Part shown: positions 19,084 to 31,000 of the stretch, piece by piece
How the letters are laid out: each line of letters opens with the position of its first letter
How positions within the stretch are numbered: the stretch's first letter is position 1
Origin: an uncultured Methanolobus sp.
Lineage (GTDB): Archaea > Halobacteriota > Methanosarcinia > Methanosarcinales > Methanosarcinaceae
Direction: 5' to 3'
DNA: 64,000 nt
Assembly: GCA_963675495.1 (NCBI GenBank)
Contig: OY776215.1
Coordinates: 1,344,001 to 1,408,000 of the forward strand
Notes under the pieces: model-generated
Told to the model about the DNA's origin: nothing
Databases searched by the model: none
Seen by the model: the letters and a program-made list of their open reading frames with translations, nothing else
Made by a program: the position numbers and the translations under genes

Positions 19084-19433
19084 ATCGATGGAATACGAGA
19101 CTATAAAGCGATTTGTTCAATATTATTGAATAAATCCCTTTTTATAGAGCTGTAGAAACCCTCATTTGAATAGTACCTTTTTGATCTGGTTTCTTCACCA
19201 TATTTTCTTTTGGAACATAAAAATTGTTAATATCAGATCTCTATTATGATACAATTTTTATCAACTGCTTCTGCCATTATCCTACAATATACCATCAAAT
19301 CATGGATTTAACGGAGTTTATCTTCTGAATTTAATATTTAAGTCGGTTTTTCACATATCCAAATTTATAAGAATTAAAATTTTGCCTTGACCAAGAAATC
19401 ACAATGAATACTTGAAAGGTTGTCTTTTCCGGA

Positions 19434-19469
19434 TATATAAATATTTACCTAAAGCGGACGAAAATTTCC
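19434..19469 (+). promoter_or_regulatory. Candidate nif promoter: TATA (TATATAAATA) and NrpR-like operator GGAC-N6-TTCC (19456-19469)
   Basis: One mismatch to GGAA-N6-TTCC, 12 nt downstream of the TATA box. Confidence 0.55.
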
Positions 19470-19710
19470 TTTTTTAGCTGAAAACGGACATAGTTAGCAT
19501 ACATTTGTATTTTATGCATAATGTAGAGATCACATACCCTATAGACAGCGTTTTTAACAAATAAATTAGAAAATCATACTTACCATAACAAATAGTTTTA
19601 AATATAGTAACATAGTACATAGGATTCCGTTGTATGATACAAATCAAAGCAGCTCCAATAACACAAATTCATACAACAAATCCAATAGAAAAACACATCA
19701 AAAAGTATAG

Positions 19711-20544
<834 letters not shown>

Positions 20545-20554
20545 GGTGAAAAAA

Positions 20555-20872
20555 ATGCAAATGGTTCGTGCAATTGTCAGGCCTAACAAGGTATCTGACA
20601 TCGTTGAAGAACTTGAGAAGGGTGGCTACGTTTCCCTTACCAAGACCGATGTATACGGAAGAGGAAAGCAGAGAGGTATACACACAGCTGAAGTGCAATT
20701 TGACGAACTTCCAAAGACAATGCTCATGATGGTAATTGAAGATGATGAGAAGTCAAAAGTTCTGGATATAATCAAGAGTTCAGCTCACACAGGAAAGTAT
20801 GGAGACGGAAAGATCTTCGTAAATCCAGTTGAAAACGCTTACACAATACGCACCGGCGAAAGTGGACTTTAA
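20555..20872 (+). CDS. nifI1: Nitrogenase regulatory P-II protein I1
   Basis: P-II fold (GRGKQRG, FDELPKT, GDGKIFV, IRTG) between nifH and nifD. Confidence 0.92.
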   Translation: MQMVRAIVRPNKVSDIVEELEKGGYVSLTKTDVYGRGKQRGIHTAEVQFDELPKTMLMMVIEDDEKSKVLDIIKSSAHTGKYGDGKIFVNPVENAYTIRTGESGL

Positions 20873-20891
20873 ACCCGAAGGGGAATGTTAA

Positions 20892-21272
20892 ATGAAGGAA
20901 ATAACGGCAATCATTCGTATGAACAAGGTGCACAAGACCCTAGATGCACTTTCAGAGTGCGGATACCCATCTTTCACCGTGGAAAAGGTAATGGGCAGAG
21001 GAAAGCAAAAGGGATTATGCTATGAATTTGACCCACCACTTCCTGAGCAGGAAGGAGTTTCAGCAAAGAACTGTATCCCATTCATTCCAAAGCGCCTGTT
21101 TACCATAGTTGTCGACGATAAGGCAGCAGACAGGGTAGTCCAGAGGATAATCAACATCAACCAGACAGGACATGCAGGGGATGGAAAGATCTTCGTAACA
21201 GACATACCTGAATCCTTCAGGATAAGGACAGGAGAAGAAGGCAATATCACTGTAGAGAGGGAAGAACAATGA
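20892..21272 (+). CDS. nifI2: Nitrogenase regulatory P-II protein I2
   Basis: [32 protein letters not shown]. Confidence 0.92.
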   Translation: MKEITAIIRMNKVHKTLDALSECGYPSFTVEKVMGRGKQKGLCYEFDPPLPEQEGVSAKNCIPFIPKRLFTIVVDDKAADRVVQRIININQTGHAGDGKIFVTDIPESFRIRTGEEGNITVEREEQ

Positions 21273-22849
21273 GCTCAGAAATTGAACATTCACAGGGTGT
21301 CATTGATGAGATGATGAAGATCTACCCTGAGAAGGTCGCAAAGGACAGGAGGAAGCACTTAACTGTCAAAGATTCATGTTCCGAAGAAAATCACATCGAA
21401 GCTAATGCCAAGACCATTCCAGGCATAATGACAAACCGTGGTTGTGCCTATGCCGGTGGTAAGGGTGTGGTAATGGGACCTATCAAGGATATGGTTCACA
21501 TCACACACGGACCAATTGGCTGTGGCTATTACACCTGGGGAACCAGGAGAAACATGGCCAAGGCGGAAGATGGTGGTGACAACTTCCTTCAATACTGTTT
21601 CTCAACCGACATGAAAGAAACAGATATTGTATTCGGTGGTGAGAAGAAACTCAAGGCAGCTATCGATGACGTTGTGAGGATCTTCAAGCCAGGTGCAATA
21701 TCGATCTGTGCAACATGCCCTGTAGGACTTATTGGCGATGATATAGAAGCAGTTGCTGCAGAAGCAGAGGAAGAACATGGTGTAAAGATAATGTCCCTTC
21801 GTTGTGAAGGTTACAGAGGTGTAAGCCAGTCAGCAGGACATCACATTGCAAGTAACGTGATCATGGAGCATATCGTTGGTACCGAGGAACTGGAGAATCC
21901 AACACCATTTGACATCAACATCTTTGGTGAATACAATATTGGTGGTGACCTATGGGAGATCAAGCCACTCTTTGAAAAGATCGGATACCGCATAGTTTCA
22001 AGCTTCACAGGAGACGGCTCGTACCATAATCTTGCAAAGGCACACCAGGCCAAACTCAGTGTCCTTCTTTGTCACAGGTCAGTGAACTACACTAACCGCA
22101 TGATGGAAGAAAAGTACGGAGTACCATGGTTAAAGGTCAATTACATAGGCATCGAAGGTACAAAGAAGTCATTCAGAAAGATGGCACAATTCTTCGATGA
22201 CCCTGAAATTACAAGAAAGACAGAAGAGATCATTGAAGAAGAGATGGCAAAGATCCAGCCTGAACTTGAAAAGTACAGAAACAAGCTTCAGGGCAAGACA
22301 GCTTTCATTTACTCCGGAGGATCCAGATCACACCACTACCAGAATCTCTTTGAAGATCTTGGTATGAAGGTTCTGGTTGCAGGATACCAGTTTGCTCACC
22401 GTGATGACTACGAAGGAAGACAGATACTTGATGGTTTGAAGGAAAAAGCATCCAGTGGAATGCTTGAAGATCTACACTATGAGATGGAGGAAGGATTTGA
22501 ACCTGCCATCAGTGAAGAACGCATGAAGGAACTCAAGGAAAAGCTTGGTCTGATGTCCTATGACGGAATGATGCCGGAAATGAAGGATGGTACGATCGCT
22601 GTGGATGACCTCAACCACTACGAGACTGAATTCCTCATCAAGGAACTCAAGCCAGACCTGTTCTGTTCAGGTATCAAGGACAAGTACATGGCACAAAAGA
22701 TGGGAATTCCATCCAGGCAGATCCACTCCTACGACTACAGCGGACGTTACACCGGTTTCACAGGTGTACTCAACTTCGCAAGAGATATCGATATGGCAGT
22801 GAACAACCCAAGCTGGAAGCTCTTAAAGACCCCATGGAAGGCAGAGTAA
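21269..22849 (+). CDS. nifD: Mo-nitrogenase alpha subunit (group II-like, with insertion)
   Basis: [33 protein letters not shown]. Confidence 0.95.
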   Translation: MSSEIEHSQGVIDEMMKIYPEKVAKDRRKHLTVKDSCSEENHIEANAKTIPGIMTNRGCAYAGGKGVVMGPIKDMVHITHGPIGCGYYTWGTRRNMAKAEDGGDNFLQYCFSTDMKETDIVFGGEKKLKAAIDDVVRIFKPGAISICATCPVGLIGDDIEAVAAEAEEEHGVKIMSLRCEGYRGVSQSAGHHIASNVIMEHIVGTEELENPTPFDINIFGEYNIGGDLWEIKPLFEKIGYRIVSSFTGDGSYHNLAKAHQAKLSVLLCHRSVNYTNRMMEEKYGVPWLKVNYIGIEGTKKSFRKMAQFFDDPEITRKTEEIIEEEMAKIQPELEKYRNKLQGKTAFIYSGGSRSHHYQNLFEDLGMKVLVAGYQFAHRDDYEGRQILDGLKEKASSGMLEDLHYEMEEGFEPAISEERMKELKEKLGLMSYDGMMPEMKDGTIAVDDLNHYETEFLIKELKPDLFCSGIKDKYMAQKMGIPSRQIHSYDYSGRYTGFTGVLNFARDIDMAVNNPSWKLLKTPWKAE

Positions 22850-22862
22850 AGGAGGAAGAAAA

Positions 22863-24233
22863 ATGTTAGATTATACACCAAAGGAAGAAGTCCAGAGAGA
22901 TGCACTGGTCGTTAACCCTGCCAAGATATGCCAGCCTATTGGTGCATCATACGCTGCAATGGGTATACACAACTGTATGCCCCACAGCCATGGATCACAG
23001 GGATGTCTCTCATACCTGAGAATGTGTCTTACAAGACACTTCAGGGAACAAACTGTAGGAACTACCAGTAGTTTCTATGAAGGAACCGCCGTTTTCGGTG
23101 GTGCATCCAATCTCAAGAAGTCACTGGCCAACATTGAGGCAGTATACACACCGGAAGTTGTTGCAATTCACACAACATGTCTTTCAGAGACAATTGGTGA
23201 TGACGTTAACCAGATAATAGAAGATGTACAGATGGAAGAACTTATCGACCCATCCATCAAACTATGTGCTGCATCAACCCCAAGTTATGTGGGTTCCCAC
23301 GTAACAGGCTATGACAACATGGTAAAGTCATTCGTTACAACCTTTGCCACGAAGACAAAGCCAAATGGTAAGCTCAACCTGATCCCGGGTTTTGTGGACC
23401 CTGGTGACATACGCGAGATGAAGAGAATACTCTCCATCATGAACATACCAACTATCGTATTCCCTGACCAGACAGATGTGTTCGATGCAGGAATTACCGG
23501 AGATGGTGGACTCTTTGCGAAGGGCGGTACACCAATAGGTGATGTTGAGGACAGTGCAAACTCAATAGGAACAATTGCGCTCTGCGGCATGGCAGGAGGC
23601 GCAGCAGCAAACGTATTCAAGAACAAGTTCAAGATGCCAGTACAGATAGGACCTGTACCAATAGGTGTTCGTTACACTGACAGGTTCATCATGAAGGCAG
23701 CAGAACTTGCAAGCGTCCCAATCCCACCGGAACTGGAACATGAGAGACAAAGAGTCGTTGACATGATGACAGATGCTCACCCGCACTTCTACGGAAAGAA
23801 AGTAGCCATATTCGGTGACTGCGACATAATAGAAGGTCTGACAAGCCTGGTACTTGAAATGGGAATGGAACCAACTGTAGTCCTTTCAGGTTCTGTAAGC
23901 AAGAAATTCGAGGAAAGAGTTTCAGAAATGATACATCCAATGTACCCTGACTCACATATCCTCACCGGAGCAGACCTATTCACACTCCACCAGATCATAA
24001 AGAACGAGCCTGTAGACATGCTGATCGGTAACACCTATGGAAAGCACATAGCACTTGCTGAAGATATTCCATTGATCAGAGTCGGATTCCCAATCATGGA
24101 CAGGGCAAACTTACATTACTTCCCTGTCATGGGATATGCAGGAGCAGCTCGAATGATCGAGTGGATCGGAAACACTTTCCTGGACATTAAGGATAAGACA
24201 ATTCCTGAAGAAGAACTTGAGGTCGTTCAATAA
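22863..24233 (+). CDS. nifK: Mo-nitrogenase beta subunit
   Basis: NPAKICQPIGA, HGSQGC, TTCLSETIGDD, GFPIMDR. Confidence 0.95.
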   Translation: MLDYTPKEEVQRDALVVNPAKICQPIGASYAAMGIHNCMPHSHGSQGCLSYLRMCLTRHFREQTVGTTSSFYEGTAVFGGASNLKKSLANIEAVYTPEVVAIHTTCLSETIGDDVNQIIEDVQMEELIDPSIKLCAASTPSYVGSHVTGYDNMVKSFVTTFATKTKPNGKLNLIPGFVDPGDIREMKRILSIMNIPTIVFPDQTDVFDAGITGDGGLFAKGGTPIGDVEDSANSIGTIALCGMAGGAAANVFKNKFKMPVQIGPVPIGVRYTDRFIMKAAELASVPIPPELEHERQRVVDMMTDAHPHFYGKKVAIFGDCDIIEGLTSLVLEMGMEPTVVLSGSVSKKFEERVSEMIHPMYPDSHILTGADLFTLHQIIKNEPVDMLIGNTYGKHIALAEDIPLIRVGFPIMDRANLHYFPVMGYAGAARMIEWIGNTFLDIKDKTIPEEELEVVQ

Positions 24234-24267
24234 AACGACCTACCTAATTTATTAGCGGAGTGAGAAC

Positions 24268-25767
24268 ATGCCAGACATTACAAGCGTGGTTAACACGCTG
24301 GATGAAAGACAACCATACATAACCCTAAAGCAGGCAAAGAAGAGCAGCGAACTAGCATGCGACAATACATCCATCGCGGGTTCAATGAGCCAGAGAGCCT
24401 GTGTTTATTCAGGAGCTCGCGTGGCATTGAATCCTGTGACCGATGCTGTACACCTTGTACACGGTCCAATTGGATGCGCAAGTTACACCTGGGATATCAG
24501 GGGTAGCCTGTCAAGTGATAAGGAAACGTTCCGTACCAGTTTCTCAACTGATATGAAGGAACTTGACGTAGTATTCGGCGGCGAGAAAAAACTTTCAAAG
24601 AGTATCGACGAGATTGTCGAGTTATACAAACCCCCGGTCATCTTTGTCTATTCAACCTGTATTGTCGGTATAATCGGAGATGACCTTGAAGCGATTTGCA
24701 AGGAAGCAACCGAGCGAGTAGGCATTCCTGTAATACCTGTACAATCAGAAGGTTTCAAGGGAACAAAGTCTGATGGGTATAAGGCAGCGTGCAATGCACT
24801 TATGCAGATCATCGGAACAAAGGAACCTGAAATAACCTCAGAATACAGGATCAACATCTTTGGCGATTACAATGTGGCAGGAGATGTATGGCTGGTAAAG
24901 CCCCTCTTTGAAAAGATGGGAATACAGGTCATTACTTCCATGACAGGAGATGCAACAGTAGATACCATCTCAAAGTCACACGGAGCCCATTTGAATTTAG
25001 TGCAGTGTTCAGGTTCCATGACATACCTTGCAAAGTGGATGAAGAAGGAATATGGAATTCCCTTCAAGAAGGTTAGTTATTTTGGAATCGAGGATATTGC
25101 AATTGCACTTAGAACAACAGCTGAGTTCTTTGGTTCTGAAGAAATGATGAGAATCGCTGAAGAGATCATCGAAAAGGAAACAGAGAGAATAATGCCTGAA
25201 ATTCAGGCAATCAGAAAAAGGGTTCAGGGAAAGACCGCGGCAATATACATGGGCGGCGCTGCCAAGGCACTTACACTCATTAAGGGCTTCCGGGAACTTG
25301 GAATGGAAGTCGTTATAATAGGTACTCAGACTGGAAAGCGGGATGATTACAAGCAGATCAGTTATCAGGTGAAGGATGGAACAGTCATTGTAGATGACGC
25401 AAACCCGCTGGAACTTGCCGACCTTCTTGTTAACCAAAAAGCAGACCTCATGGTTGCAGGTGTCAAGGAAAGATTCCTGGCTTACAAGCTTGGTGTCTCT
25501 TTCTGTGATTTCAACCATGACAGGGTCATTGAATTTGAGGGATATGACGGGTTCCTGAACTTTGCAAGAGAGCTGGATATTTCCATTAACAGCCCAGTGT
25601 GGAAGTATGTTGGAAGCAAGCTAGGGAATTCGAATTCAGGAAGCACGAGAATGAAGGATGTCATCAAGTCTACTGAACAAAGCAAATCGGAATCAAATAA
25701 GGTAGTAGGGGAGAGAAGCAATATGCACGAGATCAACACAATTACAGTACAGGAGTCTGTGGCATGA
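24268..25767 (+). CDS. nifE: FeMo-cofactor scaffold subunit
   Basis: SQRACVYSGAR, HGPIGCASYTW, STCIVGIIGDD; position after nifK. Confidence 0.93.
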   Translation: MPDITSVVNTLDERQPYITLKQAKKSSELACDNTSIAGSMSQRACVYSGARVALNPVTDAVHLVHGPIGCASYTWDIRGSLSSDKETFRTSFSTDMKELDVVFGGEKKLSKSIDEIVELYKPPVIFVYSTCIVGIIGDDLEAICKEATERVGIPVIPVQSEGFKGTKSDGYKAACNALMQIIGTKEPEITSEYRINIFGDYNVAGDVWLVKPLFEKMGIQVITSMTGDATVDTISKSHGAHLNLVQCSGSMTYLAKWMKKEYGIPFKKVSYFGIEDIAIALRTTAEFFGSEEMMRIAEEIIEKETERIMPEIQAIRKRVQGKTAAIYMGGAAKALTLIKGFRELGMEVVIIGTQTGKRDDYKQISYQVKDGTVIVDDANPLELADLLVNQKADLMVAGVKERFLAYKLGVSFCDFNHDRVIEFEGYDGFLNFARELDISINSPVWKYVGSKLGNSNSGSTRMKDVIKSTEQSKSESNKVVGERSNMHEINTITVQESVA

Positions 25768-27179
25768 GCGAGCGTAACTACACAACTGTCAACCCCTGTA
25801 TAATGTGCCAACCTATTGGCAGTGTGATGGCATTTAAGGGAATAGAAGATTCAATGGTGCTACTGCACGGCTCACAGGGTTGCAGTACATACATGAGACT
25901 GCACCTTGCACATCATTTCAGGGAACCAGTGGATATAGGTTCAAGCTCACTTAGTGAGAAGGGCGCAGTCTACGGTGGAAGCGAAAATCTGAAGAAGGCA
26001 CTTAAGAATATAATATCACGCTATGATCCGAAGGTTATCGGTGTTTCAACCACATGTCTTGCCGAAACAATAGGAGATGATATTTCCCGCATAATCAGTG
26101 AGTTCAGGGAAGAGGAAAACATTGGTGATGAAAGGATAATCATTCCGGTACCAACACCCAGCTATGAAGAAAGTCACAACAGTGGATATATCAAGGCTGT
26201 TGAGGCTATTGTCAAGACCTTCACACTGGAAGACTCAAAGAAGGAAATATTCAATAATAAGCTCAATGTTGTGCTTTCAGAGAACATCTCACCTGAAGAT
26301 ACAAGGGAAATGAAGCATATTTTCACCAGTATCGTAGGACAGAATTCATTTATACTCCTGCCTGATATCTCAGAGACATTTGATGCACCCATGACAGGAG
26401 ACCTTCGCAAGATACCTCTGGGAGGAACAACACACTCTGATATTGCAGACATGAAGAACAGTGCGGCAAGCATCGGACTGGGAATTACAAACGATAACAG
26501 AGCAGTAAATTATCTTGAACAGACCTTTGACATCCCTGCACAAAACCTGCCACTACCGATAGGACTTGAATACACTGACAGGGTACTGAATGAGTTATCT
26601 AATATATCCGGGATGGAGACCCCTGATGAGTTCCAGAAGGAAAGAGGCAGACTTATCGATGCCATGGTAGATGCCCATAAGTATGTGTATGGCACTAAGG
26701 TTGCAATTTATGGAGACCCGAACAACGTGCTTGGAATGTTATCCCTTGCACTTGAAAATGGTATGCACCCAATACTTGTAGTTGCTTCCAGCAAGTCACC
26801 AAGATTTGCAGAACATGCTATGGAAAGGGTTGACCAGGTAAAGCCAGATTGCGATGTTACGATCCTTGAAGATGTGGACTTTGATACTTTCAATGATGCT
26901 GTTAGAAAGGCAAGACCCCAGATGCTTATTGGAAACTCCAATGGAAAGTACATTGCAAAGGATATGAACATCCCGCTGATAAGATTCGGGTTCCCAATAC
27001 ATGACAGGGTCGGTGCCCAAAGATTATTGACAATTGGATACAAGGGAGCAATGCGCATGCTTGACAGGATAACCAATACTATCCTGGAAGTTCAGGATAC
27101 TGAACTAGCTGCGAAATGGTCTGAACCGGAAAGCTACGTTCCGCTCGGCGAGAATTCATTTCATTCCGCAGAAGCGTGA
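25764..27179 (+). CDS. nifN: FeMo-cofactor scaffold subunit
   Basis: NPCIMCQPIG, HGSQGCSTY, GFPIHDR; overlaps nifE stop. Confidence 0.92.
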   Translation: MSERNYTTVNPCIMCQPIGSVMAFKGIEDSMVLLHGSQGCSTYMRLHLAHHFREPVDIGSSSLSEKGAVYGGSENLKKALKNIISRYDPKVIGVSTTCLAETIGDDISRIISEFREEENIGDERIIIPVPTPSYEESHNSGYIKAVEAIVKTFTLEDSKKEIFNNKLNVVLSENISPEDTREMKHIFTSIVGQNSFILLPDISETFDAPMTGDLRKIPLGGTTHSDIADMKNSAASIGLGITNDNRAVNYLEQTFDIPAQNLPLPIGLEYTDRVLNELSNISGMETPDEFQKERGRLIDAMVDAHKYVYGTKVAIYGDPNNVLGMLSLALENGMHPILVVASSKSPRFAEHAMERVDQVKPDCDVTILEDVDFDTFNDAVRKARPQMLIGNSNGKYIAKDMNIPLIRFGFPIHDRVGAQRLLTIGYKGAMRMLDRITNTILEVQDTELAAKWSEPESYVPLGENSFHSAEA

Positions 27180-27302
27180 AGACAATACCAAAAACGTGTA
27201 ATTAAAAACGAATATTATGCAGGATTTAAGAAAAGTAACATTATCCTGCATTAACTTTTTTATTCACTATCTCCATTCTGATTTTTTAAGATTGAAACTG
27301 AC

Positions 27303-28025
27303 CTAAAGAGGAGCCATGACATCAAGCTCCTGATCATAGTCATAAACATTGATAGTATTGTGTATTATTACAGGAGAGTTCATTCCCTGAACTTTCATCT
27401 GTATGTCGATGTAAGTCTCAATGGAGATAATATAATAAGTATCTTCATCAATGAGATATCTCACGTAATAATCACGTAACTGCTCAGTTCCCTGGAGGTC
27501 CAGACCTACCTTGTCAGCCTCCTTCATCAATGCTGTCTGGTCAGGAATTGCTGTGAGCACTATGCCTCTGTCGGTCCTTTCCATACTGAGGTTCGTGGAC
27601 TCTTCAAGAAGGAACTCATTCCTTGATAACTGGTCATTGCTTTCCCAAGTGGCATCATCCAGATTTCTGGATTCCCATGTACCATTGTCCTCTCTTATGT
27701 ATGCTTTCTCATCAACAACTATCATATCTATGGACCTTTCAGGTGAGTAAAATATGATATCCATCTCCTGGTCACCATAACCAACATAACCACTTCCGTT
27801 CAAAGGAGATATTGTCTCTCCGAGGAGTGTGATCTCATTGCTCACGTTGAACTGGTAGGACCCAATATCCTCTGAGACATGTATAACTCTTCCTGCAAGA
27901 TCATATGGATCATTTATCTCTCTGTGCTCTGCATAATAATAAATACTGGACAATATTAATATGGAAATAATAATTAGAGCAGCATAAAGCTGCTTGCTAC
28001 TACCCCCTTTTTCTGCTGCTGACAA
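27303..28025 (-). CDS. Membrane-anchored extracellular protein (LolA/LppX-like beta fold suspected)
   Basis: N-terminal TM helix; beta-rich body ending YDYDQELDVMAP; SD AAGGTGA; follows the giant protein gene. Confidence 0.55.
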   Translation of the reverse strand: MSAAEKGGSSKQLYAALIIISILILSSIYYYAEHREINDPYDLAGRVIHVSEDIGSYQFNVSNEITLLGETISPLNGSGYVGYGDQEMDIIFYSPERSIDMIVVDEKAYIREDNGTWESRNLDDATWESNDQLSRNEFLLEESTNLSMERTDRGIVLTAIPDQTALMKEADKVGLDLQGTEQLRDYYVRYLIDEDTYYIISIETYIDIQMKVQGMNSPVIIHNTINVYDYDQELDVMAPL

Positions 28026-28060
28026 TCAGATCACCTTTGTGTACATAGATTAGATTCCCC

Positions 28061-31000
28061 TTATTCTCTTCTTCGCAGAACTACAATACAAGCCAGCAGT
28101 GCTACTATGCTAATGGTGAGTATCCAGAATGAAGCAGATGAACCTGATGTTTCCTCATCAGCAGGGAAACTTCCTTTTTCTTCCTCTTCCTCTAACGATA
28201 TCGGTGTATCTGTCTGAGTACCCACTGTTCCTTCGCTTGCTACTTCTGATCCAAGAGGTGTATCATCTTTCGAATCAATAATACCATCATTGTCAGTATC
28301 TGCGTTGAAAGGATCAGTGCCTATCCTTCTCTCTACAAAATCGAACAGACCATCACGATCAGAATCAAGTGGACTGTCATCATCACTGTCATCTTCTGAT
28401 ACAAAGGACTCAACTCTTACTTCTCCGCAAAGTCCGTAAGTGCTGAAGTGAGATACGTTAGCCCACATGTAACCTTCATATTCATTACCATCAACGATAT
28501 CGTTCTCGGTGTTTATTCCAAGTTCATAGACCCAGTCCATATCAGTACTCATCTTTTCCCACTGGCTACTGGTCTCGTTGTACCAGACCATTGAAAGTAT
28601 GGATTCATCGACGTCACCAACATCGTTGCCATCAAGGTCTCCTGTCCTGTCAAGATCACGACCAGTGTAATAGATCACGATCAAGGCACGCTGGATATTG
28701 TTGACAGTTCCGTTCATGACATTATCACTGACATTGATATCAAGATACTTGACACCAAGATCTTCCGGGGATAATCCGAAGCTGAGGTTATGAGGAAGCT
28801 CGTTCTCATCGTGCCGGACCAGTTCTATTGAAGGTCTGACCGGTTCTTTAAGTTCGACCATCACATAAAGTCCTAGATCGCTGATAGAATCTGCCTTGAA
28901 CTGACTTACTGTTGTCAGGTACTCCAGATCAGAACCTGTCTTGAACAGTTCAAGGACCTTATAATGGTCATTTGCATATGGATGTGAGAGCATTACTACC
29001 GTCTGGTTATCTGACCAGACATCATATTCCACACCGAAACGTTCATAGACCGATCTTTGCATTTCTGAAAGCTTGTCCGGAGCTACAGAAGCAAGTATGT
29101 TCATAGTGATATTGCCTGCTGTAGTATCGTCCGTTCCAGGCCTTCCAACGAGCAGGATATTCTCTTTATCAGAGTATTTTCCGATATCATCTGGCTGGAA
29201 TACAGTCACATTAGTATACTTCTCAAGATTCTCTATAAGCTCTAGGGTATCCTCGTCCTCATCATAGCTTGCCCATATCCTTTCAACATTTGATGCAAAT
29301 GTATATGGATCCTCGGAATCATTCAGACCATTTCCATCCGTATCACCGTTATTAGGGTCCGTACCGTTGATCAGCTCGAACAGATCAGAAAGGCCATCTC
29401 CATCTGTATCATTACTTCTTGGATCGGTCATGTTACTTATTTCCTGACCATCAAGAATACCATCACCATCAGTATCATTGAGGTACATGCTGGTATTATA
29501 GAAGATCTCATAACCATCAAGCAGGCCGTCACCATCAATATCAGGATTACATGCATGATCATTCTCCCAACTAAATTCCTCACCATCTGGTATAAGGTCA
29601 TCATCGGAATCAGCATCTGTCATACTTGTACAGGTCTCCTCCTCCTCACTATCAGTGAGCCCGTCACCATCGGTATCATTGTTGTTTGGGTCTGTACCAT
29701 AATTAAATTCATCCATATCGTTTAACCAATCACCATCGGTATCCCTCATTAATGGATCAGAGCCAAATATTATCTCAGTGTTGTCATCCAGATGATCTCC
29801 GTCAGTATCACAATCAAGAATATCTGTTCCCAGATTGATCTCCACAAGGTCACTCAAGCCATCATCATCTGAATCAGTGTCCCGTGGATTGGATGAATTA
29901 CTGTACTCTGCAAAGTCGCTCAGACCATCATAGTCAGTGTCTTTATTAAGAGGTTCACTGTCAACACGAACTGTGTAAGTACCCGATTCATTGGTAAATG
30001 TCACATCCCATCCGGCAGTTTCAATGACATCCATCAGGACGTCGCTATCCGTATCGGTAATGTTGGTCGGTGACATCGGGTTAAGATTGCTCAGATATTC
30101 CGCCTCATCTCCAAGGCCATCCCTGTCACTATCAGGTGACAAAGGATCCGAGTAGACCGTCATATTAAATGTACTGCCACCGTAGTTGAAACTGATCTGC
30201 CATCCACTGATCTCCAAATAGTCTGACATGTTATCGTTGTCAGTATCGTAGTCTGACATGTTCGTGCCATAGATGAGTTCCATCCTGTCATTCAGGCCAT
30301 CTCCATCCTTGTCGGATCTAGCAGGGTCAGAATATATAGTATTTAGCTCAAAATTATCACTCAAGCCATCACCGTCTGCATCCCATGCACTTGGGTATGG
30401 ATCATCATCATTGGCAAGACCATCTTGATCATAGTCCAGTGCAGAGAGTTGACCCCATCGTACAAGACCATCTAAACTATTAGGAAGTATATCAAAGTAG
30501 ATAGGGTCCATTACACTGTAAGTTGAGTCTGTTTCTTCCACTGTAGTATACTTATAACCATTCCAGAAATCCCATTCTATCTTACGGTCAGTATATATTA
30601 TTTTATAATCTGCTGTGAAGTATAGTCTTAGAGGGAAATTTATATAGGCAGTATCTGGTTCGATCCATGCAACAGCCTCATAGGTAGTGTTCTGTTGATC
30701 AGGATAGAAACTTTGTACTGATACGGTATTAGTGTAATCGCCATAGTCTGCTTGCCACCAAGCAAATGGTGTTTGTTCGTCCCCCCAGCGACTGTTCTTG
30801 TAGTGAGGAACTATATAGCTGTCCTGAACATTCTGCCAGGTACCAGAAGATGTTCGTGTTATTGTTCCGTCAATATAACTCCTGAAAATTATCTGGTCGC
30901 CCAGGTCCAATCCATTGCTTTCATTATCCCTGAGATCAAGTGATGTATTAATCATACCCAATGAGCACTCTGTGTTTGGGTACGTTTGATGGAATTTACC

